Of a DNA stretch of 64,000 nucleotides, positions 25,810 to 39,420 are shown one piece after another. Each line of letters starts with the position of its first letter. Positions within the stretch are counted from its first letter, which is position 1. The notes under the pieces are model-generated. The model saw only the letters and a program-made list of their open reading frames with translations, had not been told where the DNA came from and did no database searches. Both the position numbers and the translations under genes were made by a program. The DNA comes from Ginglymostoma cirratum (taxonomy: Eukaryota). The stretch covers positions 6,374,467 to 6,438,466 of the forward strand of contig JAHRHZ010000126.1 in NCBI GenBank assembly GCA_024137785.1, read 5' to 3'.

Positions 25810-26098
25810 CGCAAAAACAGAAAGCTTGAGAAATTCAGCTGATCTGGTAGCATCTGTGGAGAGAAAGCAGAGTTAACATTTTGAGTCCTTCTTCAGAGTG
25901 AATAGTAGATAGGAAAAGGTGCCACATATGCTGAAGATATGGGTTTGTGGAAAGGATAGGGCGAGTGAGCCGATGGGCGGAGATGGAGGCCATAGAGACG
26001 GAATGACAGTTAGGAAGACAAAGGGATGGATGATGGTGAGCCAGGCAGAAAGAAGAGCTGATAATGGGGGCCATAAGGATGTGAAAATGGGTTGGCTG
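25810..26098 (-). mobile_element. Family-B PLE 3' end with decayed hammerhead
   Basis: Minus strand CTGAAGAAGGACTCAAAATGTTAACTCTGCTTTCTCTCCACAGATGCTACCAGATCAGCTGA, homologous to 3073-3170 and 50432-50530. Confidence 0.7.
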
Positions 26099-26117
26099 TA
26101 CAATATCCTGATACTAT

Positions 26118-26297
26118 GAGGCTAGTACAATTACAACATCTAAAAGGCATTTGGATGAGTACATGAATATGAAGGGTTTAGAGGGATATGGGCCAAATGC
26201 TGGCAAATGGGACTAGATTAATTTAGGATATCTGGTCGGTATGGATGAGATGGACCGAAGGTCTGTGTCCGTGCCATCCATCACTATAACTCAATGT
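26118..26297 (+). mobile_element. CR1 LINE 3' end
   Basis: ACATCTAAAAGGCATTTGGATGAGTACATGAA...GGACCGAAGGTCTGTG; near copy of 27215-27410. Confidence 0.8.
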
Positions 26298-27035
26298 ATA
26301 AACAGTTCATCAGTCTAGCTAAAATCAGTGCTTTCAACTCCCTCTGTCCCACTCCAGTACCACAGGTGGCATTATACTCAATGCTTTACTTTGGCTAGCT
26401 TTATATTGGGTTTAAAAAAAGCGCATTCTAGTCACTTTGACCTTCCTTTTTAACCGCAGACTCGTTCCCATGGTGATTTTATTAGGAACAAAGGCAGCAA
26501 ATGCCCTTGGCAGTCTGGTCAGTGAGAACATTGCCAAATATCCCCAGCCCCATAATCAATACATTCACCTCAGCAGCAAACTAGGGTGGGAGGTGGTGGG
26601 ATTTCAAATCATGTATTGCACAGGTTTTCAGATTGTGCTGCCTCATGTCACATTCAGCGGAACAGGGACTTAATGCAAAGGTTTTGTTGATCACAATTTT
26701 CTAGGCACTTTTTTTTCTGGGGGAGTGACAAAGAAAGAGAGAAAAAGCAGAGCAGGCAAATCAAATAATCAAAAGGGAATGTCAACACAATCTCTGCTGT
26801 TGTCCAGCTGGTTACTTGTTGAATTGAGCTAAGTTAGTGATTGGCCAAAACCTCTTGAATCAATGAAAAAGGATTGAGATATATAAATAGAATTAGTCCT
26901 GCTGAAAATCTGTCCTTGGCGCAACGCAATAAACTTTACATATTTTTCAATGAATCCAATAATACATTTTCAGTGGCTATTAGACTGTTTGTATTCAGTA
27001 ATGTGTCAGAGATCTAGTCTCTTCACAGAAAAATA

Positions 27036-27051
27036 GCTGACATCTAGTGCC
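27036..27051 (-). promoter_or_regulatory. Candidate CTCF site
   Basis: Minus strand GGCACTAGATGTCAGC resembles the CCACYAGRKGGCRS consensus. Confidence 0.4.
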
Positions 27052-27209
27052 TGAATTGGTCTTTCAATTCATTAATTACTGTGTGAATACCTTCCTAATG
27101 TACTATGCAACTGGACAAAACCGATGGCTTCCCAATCCAACAGGCCTCCAACACCTCGCACATTGCACAGGACTCTGATATGAATAAAATCTGTTTAACA
27201 ATCCTTGGT

Positions 27210-27410
27210 AACTGCCAGAAGAGATGATGGAGGCCGGTACAATGGCACCATTTAAAAGGCATCTGGAAGGGTACATGAATAGAAAGGGTTTAGAGGGATA
27301 TAGGCCAAATGCTGGCAGATGGGACTAGGTTAATTTAGGATATCCGGTCAGCATGAACAAGTTGGACCGAAGGGTCTGTTTCCATGCTGGACAGCTTCAT
27401 GACTCTGTGA
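27210..27410 (+). mobile_element. CR1 LINE 3' end
   Basis: AACTGCCAGAAGAG...GTTGGACCGAAGGGTCTGTTTCC...GACTCTGTGA. Confidence 0.8.
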
Positions 27411-27659
27411 TGTTGAGTCAGACAGTTCTCCATTGCAGGAGGTTTTACTTTGTAGAAGGTCATGGGTCCTCATCAGGGCAGTGCAGGGGGTGCACTACAT
27501 CGTCAAAGATATGTGTTTAAACAGAGGGGACATTAACCAAGGTCCTGAACTTCAGGTCATCCACAAGATCCCATACCATAATTCAAAGAAGAGAAAAAGG
27601 ATTCTTGCCATGCATTGAGGCCAATTTTCATTGCTCAATCAGCATTGCAACAATAACAC

Positions 27660-27750
27660 TATCTGAAACAAAAACACAAATTGTGTGGAAAAATTCTATG
27701 GCAAGTAAACAGAGTTAATATTTCAGGCCCAGTGACCCTCCTTCAAATTC
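27660..27750 (-). mobile_element. Decayed family-B PLE pLTR
   Basis: Minus strand TTGAAGGAGGGTCACTGGGCCTGAAATATTAACTCTG, homologous to the family-B hammerhead region. Confidence 0.55.
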
Positions 27751-30094
27751 TACCAGCTAACCCTTAGAAGTGATAAAGATGTAGGATGTTTTCAATTCAC
27801 CAACTACATCCTCACTGAAACCTGCCACCTGCTCGAGTTGCAGTGGCATTGACACAGGAGAACAATAACCATGCTGTGGTTGTGAAATATCTGAGGCAGG
27901 GCGCTTTCATGTGTCTGATTCCTTCCAGGTTGGACTTGGAGAATCTCACAGTTTACCATCCGCAATCTCATGAGGGAGGCAACTCAGCTGTCCACTCACG
28001 AGACCTGACTGTATCTCATTCTGTCTTGCAGAATGAGTATGCAGCTTCTCCAATATTGCCGGATTGCCCATGGGGTAAGGTGGCATTCTTCCCATGTGCA
28101 TTATCAACTCAGCCCTATACAGGAAGCAAAGGGAATCCCATTCTCACAACATCCAGTTGCGAGACTGGAGCATAGGCAGGTAGGCTAATGCCTGATAACC
28201 TGGCATGTAGCCTTATACTGTGGCAGTCTGCTATGCCGGTGTATTTGAGGCACCTTGGTAAACCAAGGTGGTTAGAAGAGCCATCCACAGATGTTGACAT
28301 GGCTGATGACTCTGATGTGGAACGATGTGACAGCAAACATACAATGACTATCATGTTGCCATTTGAAATTTGACAGAGCAGACTATTGTCATGCTGAGGA
28401 ATGCTTCTACTTGTCCGTCTGTGCTCTACAGAATCACATTTTCTGCAAAGTCTTTCTGTCATTAGGTGACAATCTTCATTACTTACTATAAGGCGAGCAG
28501 CAAAGGAGGAGGTGCATGAAGAGAAGGAAAGGAGAAGGCAAGCAAGCAGCCTCCTTCTGCTAATTAATCCATGATCAATTTATCTAAGTACAATTCCAAT
28601 AATAACAGCCCCAATTTCAATTCACCAAAGATCTCACACACACTGTCCCCACTGTTACTGTTCTTGACTGCAAAACTCAAAATGAAATTCTGCAGTTTAA
28701 CAGCATTAGCTAAATAATCATGAGTGAGCAAAGAATTCCAAACAACAAATTTAGGATTGTCAATCGGGCTCACTGTGTGCGCTTCTACTGGAAGTTCCAT
28801 GTACTAATACACAGGGCTCTGTATTTTGCAGACAGAAAGAACATGTACACGCATTGCATTTACTTCAAAATCAACGTGCCAGATGACAGTTATTTTCTGG
28901 TTCATTTCTCAATCTTGATTAATCGGTGTCAACTTGTCTGGTTTAAGATTTAAAATTTAAACAAAGCACACCAGTTAACAATCAGTCATCATTAACGGGC
29001 CATTACCAACCAAATTATGCTCATTTAAAGACCTCTTCCCAGCAACACTAGGATTTTTCCATTTGTTGGGGAGGCTGACATCCAGGCCGCAAGGTGAAAC
29101 AAGGCAACCTTGTGCCCAGTATGTAGAAGTCGCTCTTTAGAAGCACCATGCCCGGTGGATATTGATTCTGACGTATTCCCCTCCCAATCCACCCAACTAA
29201 TATGTGCCATTCATTCTCCATGCAGGAATTTGCCAGCCTTCTCCAGTATGACCATGGATTTGACTAAAATTTGGCACTCCACTGGTGAATCCTCTTTGTG
29301 GCTGCATGTAGTGTCGGCAATGCCCACCACTCCCGGTACTACAACAGGGAAAACAGTAGCCAACCATATGATCAACAAACAGACCTCCAGAGACCAGACC
29401 ACTTCTCTCTGTTGAAGACAATGTCTCACCTCAAACCAATTAAAAGCCCAATAGCCATTAGATAGTTACTGGCAGAGTTGGCCAGGCACCAATGGGCTCA
29501 TTCTGACTTTATAGCATGTGAGTGTCTACAAGTGTACAAATGGTTTAAACTCGCAGTTTTGCACAAGATTTTATTCCAAGTTGGTCTGACCATGTTATTT
29601 GATATTGCCTGCAGGCTTCCCAATGCACCTTTTCATTGTGCTTACCACCAGCCTTATTCTGCCAACTGTGTAGTCCTTTATCCAAGTGTTTAATGTAAAC
29701 AGAAAAAGCCCCATCAATGCAGCTTGTGGCACTCCACATTTTGCCAACCTGATAATGACAGATTATGATAATGATTGATAATGAGTGTACTATCAAACTG
29801 CTCAGAAGCAGGACTTGCCTGTTGCACCATCCTCAGGTGAGATAGGAATTACATTATCCTGGCTCTAGGACCTAGCTGCAGACCATTCATACCTTGTGTC
29901 ACACCTTGAACAGATGCCACCTCCAAGCTATTCAACAATGTATAAATAACATATATATCATCATGAAATGTCCCATTTTAATTTTAATAGGAACACTATC
30001 AACAAAATATGACTTGAAGCCACCTGAGGAGTTAACAGAACCAATGGCTAAAAACTTTGTCCAAGAAGTTTAAGGGATGTTTTATTTACCGTCA

Positions 30095-31380
30095 GGTAAA
30101 ATCAATATGGTTTTGTGAAAAGGAAATTGTGTTGACAATTCTTTTTGTGTTTATTTCAGACTGGATGGATAAAAATGAACCAGTAGATGTGGTATATTTG
30201 AACTTCTGAAAAGCATCCAGTGAGATACTATATAAAAGCTTACTGAACAAGCTAAGAGTGTGCAGTTTTGCAGGCAATATATTAGCATAGTTAGGCTAAC
30301 TGACAAGGAATTGAGAGCGAGTTGAGATAAATCTTTCATTATCAGGTTGGCAAAAGCAGCAGTGATTGGGGCCTTGGCTGTCTACATTAAGCACTTGGAT
30401 AAAGAACTACGTAGATGGCATATATGGGGAGGTGGTGACACTGCAGATTAGAAGTGTCCAGGCAAAGAAGGAATGGGTGACTATCAGGCCGTCTTAAGGA
30501 ACCCAGATTGGTATTGCAGGAGTTGCCTGAATCAATCATGCTTGTTAATCTGTTTTCCATTTTGGAAACTGGTGAGTCAATTGTTCCTTAGGGAAATGTG
30601 AGCCAGAGCCTATTCCATGGTATCACAAGCAAATCAGCTACAGAGGGGAGGAGAAAGGTGAATGGAAAAGCAATAGTCATAGGGATTGCATAATCAGGGG
30701 TCAGACAGGCATTTCTGAGGCAGTCAACATGACTCCAAGTTGATATGTTACCTCCCAGTTACCAGGATCCAAAATGCCATGGAGTACCTGCAGGGCATCC
30801 TTCCAGCGGGAGGGGGATCAGACAGAAGTTGTGGCCCACAATGGTACCAATGACAGAGGTGCGAAGAAGGATGAGGTCCTGAAGGCAAATATTAGGGAAT
30901 TAGAAAGGAGGATTTCAAGAGCAGTAATCTCAGGTTTGTTTCCAGTGATGAGTGCTGGTGGGCATAACATCAGGAGGATTGATGCATTGAATACATGGCT
31001 GGAGAACTAGCATGCATGGAAGGGCATCAAATTTCTAAGAAATTGACATGAGTTCTGCAGCAGGTTGGGCCTGTAGAAATTGGATATGTTATACCTGAAC
31101 AGGAATGAGACTGACACATCAAAAGGAGATTTACTAGTGCTGTTGGGATGGGTTTAAACTAGCTTGTCAGGAGGGTGGGAACCTCAGGGATAATCCAAAT
31201 GGGAAAGGAGCAAAGTTGGTAACAACAAGTCAAAAAGATGCCAGGAATTCTAGAAAACAAGAGTAACAAAGCTGAGCGTTGAACATACTTCAAAAACAGA
31301 AAGGATGTCAAAAAGGCAAAGTTGCTACCTGAATGCAAGCAGCATTGACAACGAGATAAATCATCAAAAAGCATAAATAA
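30095..31380 (+). mobile_element. CR1 LINE fragments including ORF1 SGNH/GDSL esterase-like remnant
   Basis: AIVIG-like block near 30670-30700 and VVAHNGTND...VISGL in ORF 30774-31010; preceded by an RT fragment (PVDVVYLNF). Confidence 0.75.
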
Positions 31381-34300
31381 ACATTCATGGGTATCACGCT
31401 GAAAGTCCTCACTGCCCCAATAGCTAAAGGAATTTTTCTTCCTTCCACCTCTTCTAAAAAAAAATCCATTGCAGTGCCAAAAATTAAAACTTTGGGCTCA
31501 TTCTCTTAGAGGTATGGAGCCATAGAGTTTTACAGCACAGAAACAAACCCTTCAGCCTATCCTGCTATATTTTACCATTCTTCAAAGTTTCCCAACTTTA
31601 GAATCAACTGCTTTACTGAATGACAGCACCTACTCCTGCCTTAATAGACCTCTCCTTTCACAAGTGTAGGCCAGCTTTTGGAAATGCAGGCTGCCTTTTA
31701 ACGGCGCTAGTCCCCACGAACGGGTTCTCCTGTTGTGCCCAAGCAACCACCGGCACAGTTGGTGCTAATTTGACCCTGAAATCACTGAGATGAACCGGTA
31801 GTTCAAGGTCACGTCTTAATCCCGATAGTTTTTTTTTTGAGGGGTGGGGGTAGGGTGTTATCGAATTTAGCCAAAAACAAAATCAAGTTTTGACTTTAAA
31901 ATGGATAGATCTTGTCAAATTCCTCAGAAGCTCAATATAATAGTCAGTGCATAAAGGATTCACTAAAGGCATCGTTGTATTTGTTCCGACATATTCTAGC
32001 TTTGAGAACAGCATTATTGCGTGTTAGATATCACGAAATAGTATTCTAGATAGAAACTCGATTGATAACTACATTAAGGATCACGTTTTACATTTATACG
32101 GTGTGTTTTCCAGGGGGGGTGTTTCTATGCTGGCCTGTGAGGGCGTATCCAGCGCAGATGCTTTTAACACTTGGACCCCATGTTAGAATTAATGTTGTGG
32201 TTCACTTTACCAGATTAAATGAAATCAGGGCGGATCACTTAGCAAAACACACATTTCGGTCAAGAGTTTTGGGTTCAGTCCCAGGTTTAACAGTATTAGG
32301 TATCAAAATCACCGCCTTAAATATCTCGGCATGTTTTGTGCTATTTCCAGTCTTCAGTAATTAGGCATGAAAGTTCCCAGTACAACATTTATAAATATCT
32401 CAATCGTTCTGAACGTCGGCAGAACACATTGGTGTATTCTGTTACACTTTTTTTTTCTGATTCTGGTAGTCACAGCCTGCTTGCTTGTTTCAATAACTTT
32501 CACAGAATTGAAACTGTGATTGAACCGTTTCGGACTCACACAGATGTGAGCAGCGTAGTTTAGAGAAACGGCTTGATCAGTTCAGTACACTCCGCAGAAA
32601 TGTGTTCGGAGTAACTGCGGCAAAGTGGTAAACTGCAAAGGTTTCCGATTGGATCCAGACCAATTAGCATTGCAGTTTGGCTTGAAGGTATAATGCAAAG
32701 ACCAATTCACAGCAGGCTATGCATATTAACATACCCCTCATAGGCCACCGGACCAACCGTATTTGATTCGCCTCTATTTTTGCAAAATGGTGATGATTGA
32801 ACATTATGCAAAGTTATACGTGGGTTGATACTTTGGGCGTTTAGCAGCAATCGTCGTGATAAATGTAATTAATGTGTAAACAAACTAGTTAATACCGATA
32901 ATATACGTCAGCAGAGAAAAGACAGTGAAAATAGTTAGAATTCCTTGAAGGTAGAACGTAGACAAATGTGAAGGGATAGATTTCGCAGTTACTTCTTACT
33001 ACATCCGTGCTGTTATAAAGCCTGGCTAACTCAATCACATACAATTGGAAGAGATTTGAATTGAACGTCTTTTAACTAAAATATATCATTGGGATTTGTC
33101 AGTTTCATATTCGTTAAGAAAGCGAAGAATCCACATTGTGCCTGATAAAAAAAAATCTAAGTTTCCAGTGCATTGCAGATGGAGCCCTGGAAGTCTGTAC
33201 ACCTTATTTAGACGTTTCGAAAGTTATTGTAAAGAAAAAAAAGGCCCATATGAATGGCTGTTTGTTTAATCACGTATTACAGAAATCTAAGTAAATTACG
33301 GGAATAAAACCCGGTCCCCTTCATTTGAAAAGTCAGTTGTTCAGGCATTCGATTTACGGATGTGTGTGACTGAGAGAAAATAACTTCAAGATCTACCCGT
33401 TTAAGTAGCTAATTTAAAGAGGAAATGCGTTATTTTGCTATAAAGATAAGCTAATCATCAACAGAACGTAATAGAACTATAACTTAATGGACACTCCGGA
33501 AATGTGGAAACATGGAGAGAATAGAATTCTTTGTCTGGTATATTTTAGACTAAGTGAAGAATTTGGCGATTTTATTAGCACAGCTATCTGCTTATTTTAA
33601 TCTATTGCAATTGAAGTGGTCTATTTCCACATGCTGGTGACCCAACTACAACGCAAGGCTTTTTTTTTACTTTTTCTTGGTGTGCGAAGTTACTTTTCAG
33701 TTGTAACTCTTTGCCTCCAACGGGAGTGCACTTAAGACTATTTAACCCAAAGCTCCAATAGCGAACTTTATTTATATAGCGCCTTTAACTCGGGAAAACG
33801 CCCGCAGAAAATCATACCCGTATGAACGAGTACAGGCCAAAGGAAACACTTGTCAGCTATTACACTTCAATTTAAAAATGTCTATGTTTAATGTTTTGAA
33901 TAGGATGATTTATCATTGTTCATTAGACCTTGATCTGATTACCGATTCATTGTATTTCTTAGCTTATCTTATTGGCAAAACGATAATTGTACTGTTGCCC
34001 TTGACTTCATGGTTTTCATTCACGTTTAATTGAAAAATAAAGTGCGATGCAAACACCCTTTTCTGATTAATTGCAATGTACCATTAATTTGAAGAGTGAG
34101 CTGTGGTTCCTGTAGTTGATAAGAGAAAAAAACACACAATAAGCTCCGAATCTGGCTCGCAATTGTTTGATTTCCTGTCTCCGGATTTCCATACAAGAAC
34201 ACGAATGCAGATCATTGTGTTTCGAACTTTTTAAGTTATATTAGCAGTTTGGGTGAGAATGGGTATAATATTGACTTAAGTAACCTAAAACAACATAAGC

Positions 34301-34908
34301 AAGGCTGTCGCAGATCAATGTTAAAGTTGCTTCATTTCGGGTGTGTACTAATCCTGATCGGTTCGCTGCTGGAAACTCTTCCAACTCAACAGCTGGGGCA
34401 ACCAAATATATTGGTTTCCTTTTTACCTCGCAAATTCCGCAAAAATGTAAGTGCTGATTGTTTAGCAACCTCGGGGTATCCATCAGGGTAATGTTGATGG
34501 TCAGCCAACACACACACACACATATATATGTAGAAAAAGTGCGGCTCACCAGCTCAGAGCTAGCAAGCTTCCAGCAACTAGGAAAACCCAGGGCACCCTG
34601 CACTTAAGAGATAGAAGATATGGATATGAATGGGGAGAATACTGGGGTAAATGTTTGGAAGAGAGATAAAATACAGTTTTATTTAGCACCGAAAAGTCTG
34701 GCAGGTCAAATGGCAAATGTCAAATGTCGATCGCGTAGCCAAGAGATTTATTTTATGAGCCCACCACTGGAAATCTAACCATCCCTGTCACCAGCTATCA
34801 TCTTTTGGAGTCATATCGACCCTGCAAAGACCCCTTCTTACACTTCTATCGTATAGATCCACGTTCATACACTTCCAGCATTCTATGCGCCCAACTATGA
34901 TCATGCTA

Positions 34909-35400
34909 AGAGATAAAAGGTACTGCAGATGCTGGAGAATCCGAGATAACAAGGTGTGGGGCTGGATGNNNNNNNNNNNNNNNNNNNNNNNNNNNNNNNN
35001 NNNNNNNNNNNNNNNNNNNNNNNNNNNNNNNNNNNNNNNNNNNNNNNNNNNNNNNNNNNNNNNNNNNNNNNNNNNNNNNNNNNNNNNNNNNNNNNNNNNN
35101 NNNNNNNNNNNNNNNNNNNNNNNNNNNNNNNNNNNNNNNNNNNNNNNNNNNNNNNNNNNNNNNNNNNNNNNNNNNNNNNNNNNNNNNNNNNNNNNNNNNN
35201 NNNNNNNNNNNNNNNNNNNNNNNNNNNNNNNNNNNNNNNNNNNNNNNNNNNNNNNNNNNNNNNNNNNNNNNNNNNNNNNNNNNNNNNNNNNNNNNNNNNN
35301 NNNNNNNNNNNNNNNNNNNNNNNNNNNNNNNNNNNNNNNNNNNNNNNNNNNNNNNNNNNNNNNNNNNNGCTGGATGAACACAGCAGGCCAAGCAGCATCA
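34909..35400 (-). mobile_element. Family-A PLE insert interrupted by a 400-N gap (34969-35368)
   Basis: AGAGATAAAAGGTACTGCAGATGCTGG...GCTGGATG left of the gap, GCTGGATGAACACAGCAGGCCAAGCAGCATCA right of it. Confidence 0.8.
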
Positions 35401-35923
35401 ATAGGCTTGAAATTTGCTTCACAATGGGAAATGAACCATTTTGCACGCTGCTTTTCGGAAGTGGCTTACTAAGTAACTGATTGGAAATGTTGCAATGAAG
35501 TACAGTTCACACTGTGAGGAAGCATATTTCCTGCATTTGCACGGTATGTTTCAATTAATCACTTTTATATTGGTTATATAACCTGGCGGTGAACGGCCTT
35601 CAAATCGCCCATTACTGTGTGACAGAACAAGGAAAACTGAACAAATTGCAAAGACTGTGAGTTAACAGTGCACTGCACTAACTTGGCTGCTCAGTTGCTT
35701 CCTTCTTTTGGTGTTGATTGTGAATTCTGGTACTGGCAGTAAACTCAGATATACCACTGTTGCATGGAATAACATTTAAAAACGACGATTCAACCTGTAA
35801 ATCTGTGAGGGTATGCAGCCATTTGGAAGAGGAGGAACTGTATACCGTTTAAGTGCAAAGTAAAATGTTCCAAAGCATTTGAAATGATCCATTTTGTCAA
35901 TAATGCAGACATTTACAGATATA

Positions 35924-36106
35924 GAGATAACAAGGTGTAGAGCTGGATGAACACAGCAGGCCAAGCAGCATCAGAGGAACAGGAAAGCTGACCCTCTCGA
36001 CCCGAAAAAGCTTTCCGACTCCTCTGATGCTGCTTGGCCTGCTGTGTTCATCCAGCTCAACACCTTGTTATCTCAGATTCTCCAGCATCGGCAGTTCCTA
36101 CTATCT
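35924..36106 (+). mobile_element. Family-A palindromic PLE insert with the hammerhead core deleted
   Basis: Inverted arms of about 65 bp with a few mismatches, tail on the right arm, perfect 14-bp TSD catttacagatata (35910-35923, 36107-36120). Confidence 0.88.
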
Positions 36107-39100
36107 CATTTACAGATATATCCGTGTTTTATCTATCTCTGTAAATAAATGTGATTTGGAGTAATCATTAGTTCGTGGTAAGTCATTCCTCGCAGCATAT
36201 AACCCAAATAATTGTTTTTTTCAAAAAAAGTTGTTGGTGACATGCCTTATTTATGAGATACGAAGGGGATTATTTAACAAAGTAAAAGTAGGGCAGGAAT
36301 ATTTGTTGGCGCACTCCGCCGGCTATAATCATCTACTCCAACTTCAGCTGCAGTCAACTCGTTCTCCATGTCAGAGGCCACTGTCCTCTGTTGTGATAGA
36401 AAAGGTCAAACGTTATTCCAATGTACTATCACATGATGGGCTCAGCGTTTTCTTGTTTTCGCTCTTTTGTGCGAATGTGGACACTGTACATTTCCAATGC
36501 CCGTTTACAACACAACTGGGATATTGGAACTTACTTGTAGTGCCAGGAATTAATGTAATCAATCATTGTACAATTCTATTTTTGATTTGTTATCCTTACT
36601 GGTGGAGCCTCGTTCGATCCTACCTTTCGTTTATTATGTTTTACTATTTTAAAATACTCTTCAAATTCGATATCAATGGAAACATTTGCAACGTGTAATA
36701 AACCTTCCCCCCCCCCCCGAATTATATTTGACGTGTTATAATGTAGATGCATTGCACCATACAACAGAACAGCACCCTCACCTCAGACCCTGCCACACCG
36801 TATAGACACACAGCCCTGATGCTGGAGCTGCCACTGCGTCTGCATCTTTGTTAAAATATCCCATCCCGTTGACGAAATGGAAATCAACTCTCACTGATAC
36901 CCTGGGGTGATAACAATTTCTACGCGGAAGGGGATTGATATATTATGATGTGAACTGTATAATGTGTACGCTGTAATTTCCATCGGAACACTTCCCACCT
37001 TTAACATTTTGATAAACTAGACAGCTAGCGGTCTGAATTAAAGTAATTGCCAATGCTACATTTCTATGGCCATTTTACTTTATGTTTCCAATCGCTGCTC
37101 CGCGTTCGCTAGAAATCAGCCAGTAGTTAACGCTGAATGAAGAATTTTAATCCGCGAGGCAAGTTGTTGCATGCTTAATCACTCTGTTTCCAAAACACAA
37201 AACCGCTGCAAAGCTAAAATGTACCGGGTTCTCACGGAAGATGCGCCGTTGATTTTATTCCCGTCAGAAGAGTCCGGTCAACATTAATGATTATTTGGGA
37301 ATCCAAATCCTTTAATATCCAACAGTAACAGAACTGTACATCAATTGTCCAGCTTCCCCTGAAATACTTATACATGCAGAGAATACCTAGCGTATGGTTG
37401 GACCATATAATTATAAACAATAACAAGATTACGCGTAGTAGAATGGTAGCTATTTCGAGTAAAATGAGAAATCTTCTTATAGAACAAAGATCAAGCATCA
37501 CGGTTGTGAAAAACTGTACAAGGTACAGTACAATACTTGCGTTGTCATTTTATTTTAGGTTGTCATTTTGTTTCATTAGACCACCATACCTGTGTTTTAG
37601 TTCGACCTAGAGAACAACTTTCCCCCCAAAGTGATAAAATCTGCCCTTAGTCGAAATTACATAACAAGATGTGTATTCGGTGCCAGCGTTGATTGTGCTC
37701 AGGATATTGTGAATCCTTGAGATCATTAAACCTCCTAGCTTCTGCTTTCGCTATGTTTGAAAACTCCATCATTGTGCTCACGTTTAAATCAACTAAGAGT
37801 TATCGTCATTTCGTTAAAAAAAAGTCTGCCAATTCTGGCTATGAAAATTTTCTGTCATCTATCTCATTGGATAATGCACGGCTATCCGGAATAACAATAT
37901 TGGAAAATGACGGCAAAGATTCGGGTCACTAAAGTGAGCAAATATTAAAAACAGCACAAGCTTCAGCGAGCGTGGCGCATAAGGACCATGTCTGCAATCT
38001 AGCTGTATTCTGGCCGTCTGTATTTTAAAGAAACAGAGAATATAGGAGAGGACGAATAAGGAAATAAATGCATTTACTGCATGGTTTGCAATGACCGCAA
38101 ATGGACTCACTTATATGTAGCTGTACCGTGCCTGTGACATCATCTAGGCCAATTCTTGCTAGCACGTCTTCTGACTGAATGGGTTAACATGAAAACATAC
38201 ACTAAGGTCATGCATTACAAGGAACAATTCGGCGCACACCAATTTAAAATTTGAATAGAAAGTAATACATGTACACCTAACAATTACTCTAACGTGTATT
38301 CGCCCAGTGCTTGTCCCGTCTACCAATTTCATTGTGCCTGCAGATGTAAATACTATTGGAGAGACAATTGGTGCATTTTAACTACTGGCCTTGAGCTCTG
38401 AAAAGCACGTTTATTGAAATAATTACGACCTGTAACCGTGTAGGATTAATCTGGGTTAATTCTGGGCACACGTTTCCTAACGTTGCCCCGGTTTGTATAA
38501 ACTGGTCTACACTGTATCTTATCAAATTAATACTAAATGATAGCTGGACTATTCTTGTAAAATGGATTCTGGGCACCACCCACCCTGCCTGCTCCGTGTG
38601 TACACACTCCATTCAAGTAAATGTCAGAAACCGGCAGATTTTATTAAAATCGAGTTCAAGTGTAAATTGGAAAACAACTAATGTTCGACTTTATATCCAC
38701 GTGTTATTTATTCTTGAATGGGTGGCTAATTTATCTCTAATTTAGCAACAGATACTGCTTTAATGAAGGTGGCAATTCCAAGCTGGGACTACATGAAGCA
38801 TGCATGAACTCCAGAGCGGATCTGTCTGGTCATTACCTATTAAATGTGTTATGGAATAATCTCTTTGCTTTCAAATGCGGTGCTGCACATTAGTAATTTC
38901 TTACATGCAAAATTTGGAGCAATAAACTGCATTTTAATTTTAATGTTCACGGTGAATATCAAACCGCTTTACATATAAAGATGTATAAATATGACGTGCT
39001 GTAAGGTTTTATCAATGAAACTGATATCGTACCAGATTTACAAACATTCTCAGCAAAGAAATTGGATTATCACCGATCTAATAGACTACACGCAGTGTAA

Positions 39101-39373
39101 GCTGGATAAATACCAGGCTGGAAATAAATTGGTAATGATGAATTCAGTCAAAACAAAAGCAATTCAATTGCCAGGTCCCAGGAAGAAGGTTTTTTCAAAA
39201 GGTCTTCCTTCGGAATTTTGCACGTTGGGACCTGCAATTTGCTTACTTTTCAAACTGGTGCCCCCAGAGAAGAAATAACGGGCCAACTAATCCCCTTCAC
39301 TACAAACCGGAGAGCGCAGACACCGGGGCTGAAACACTAGTCACCGACCCGTCAATTAAATGTTCTCCAGCAT

Positions 39374-39420
39374 GTGTGAGTGTGTGTCTGTGTGTGTGTG
39401 TGTGCGTGAGAGAGAGAGAG
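39374..39420. repeat. (TG)n(GA)n microsatellite
   Basis: Direct inspection. Confidence 0.9.

Noticed and set aside
34788-35480. Long ORFs of 160-197 aa
   Set aside because: Almost entirely X from the 400-N gap
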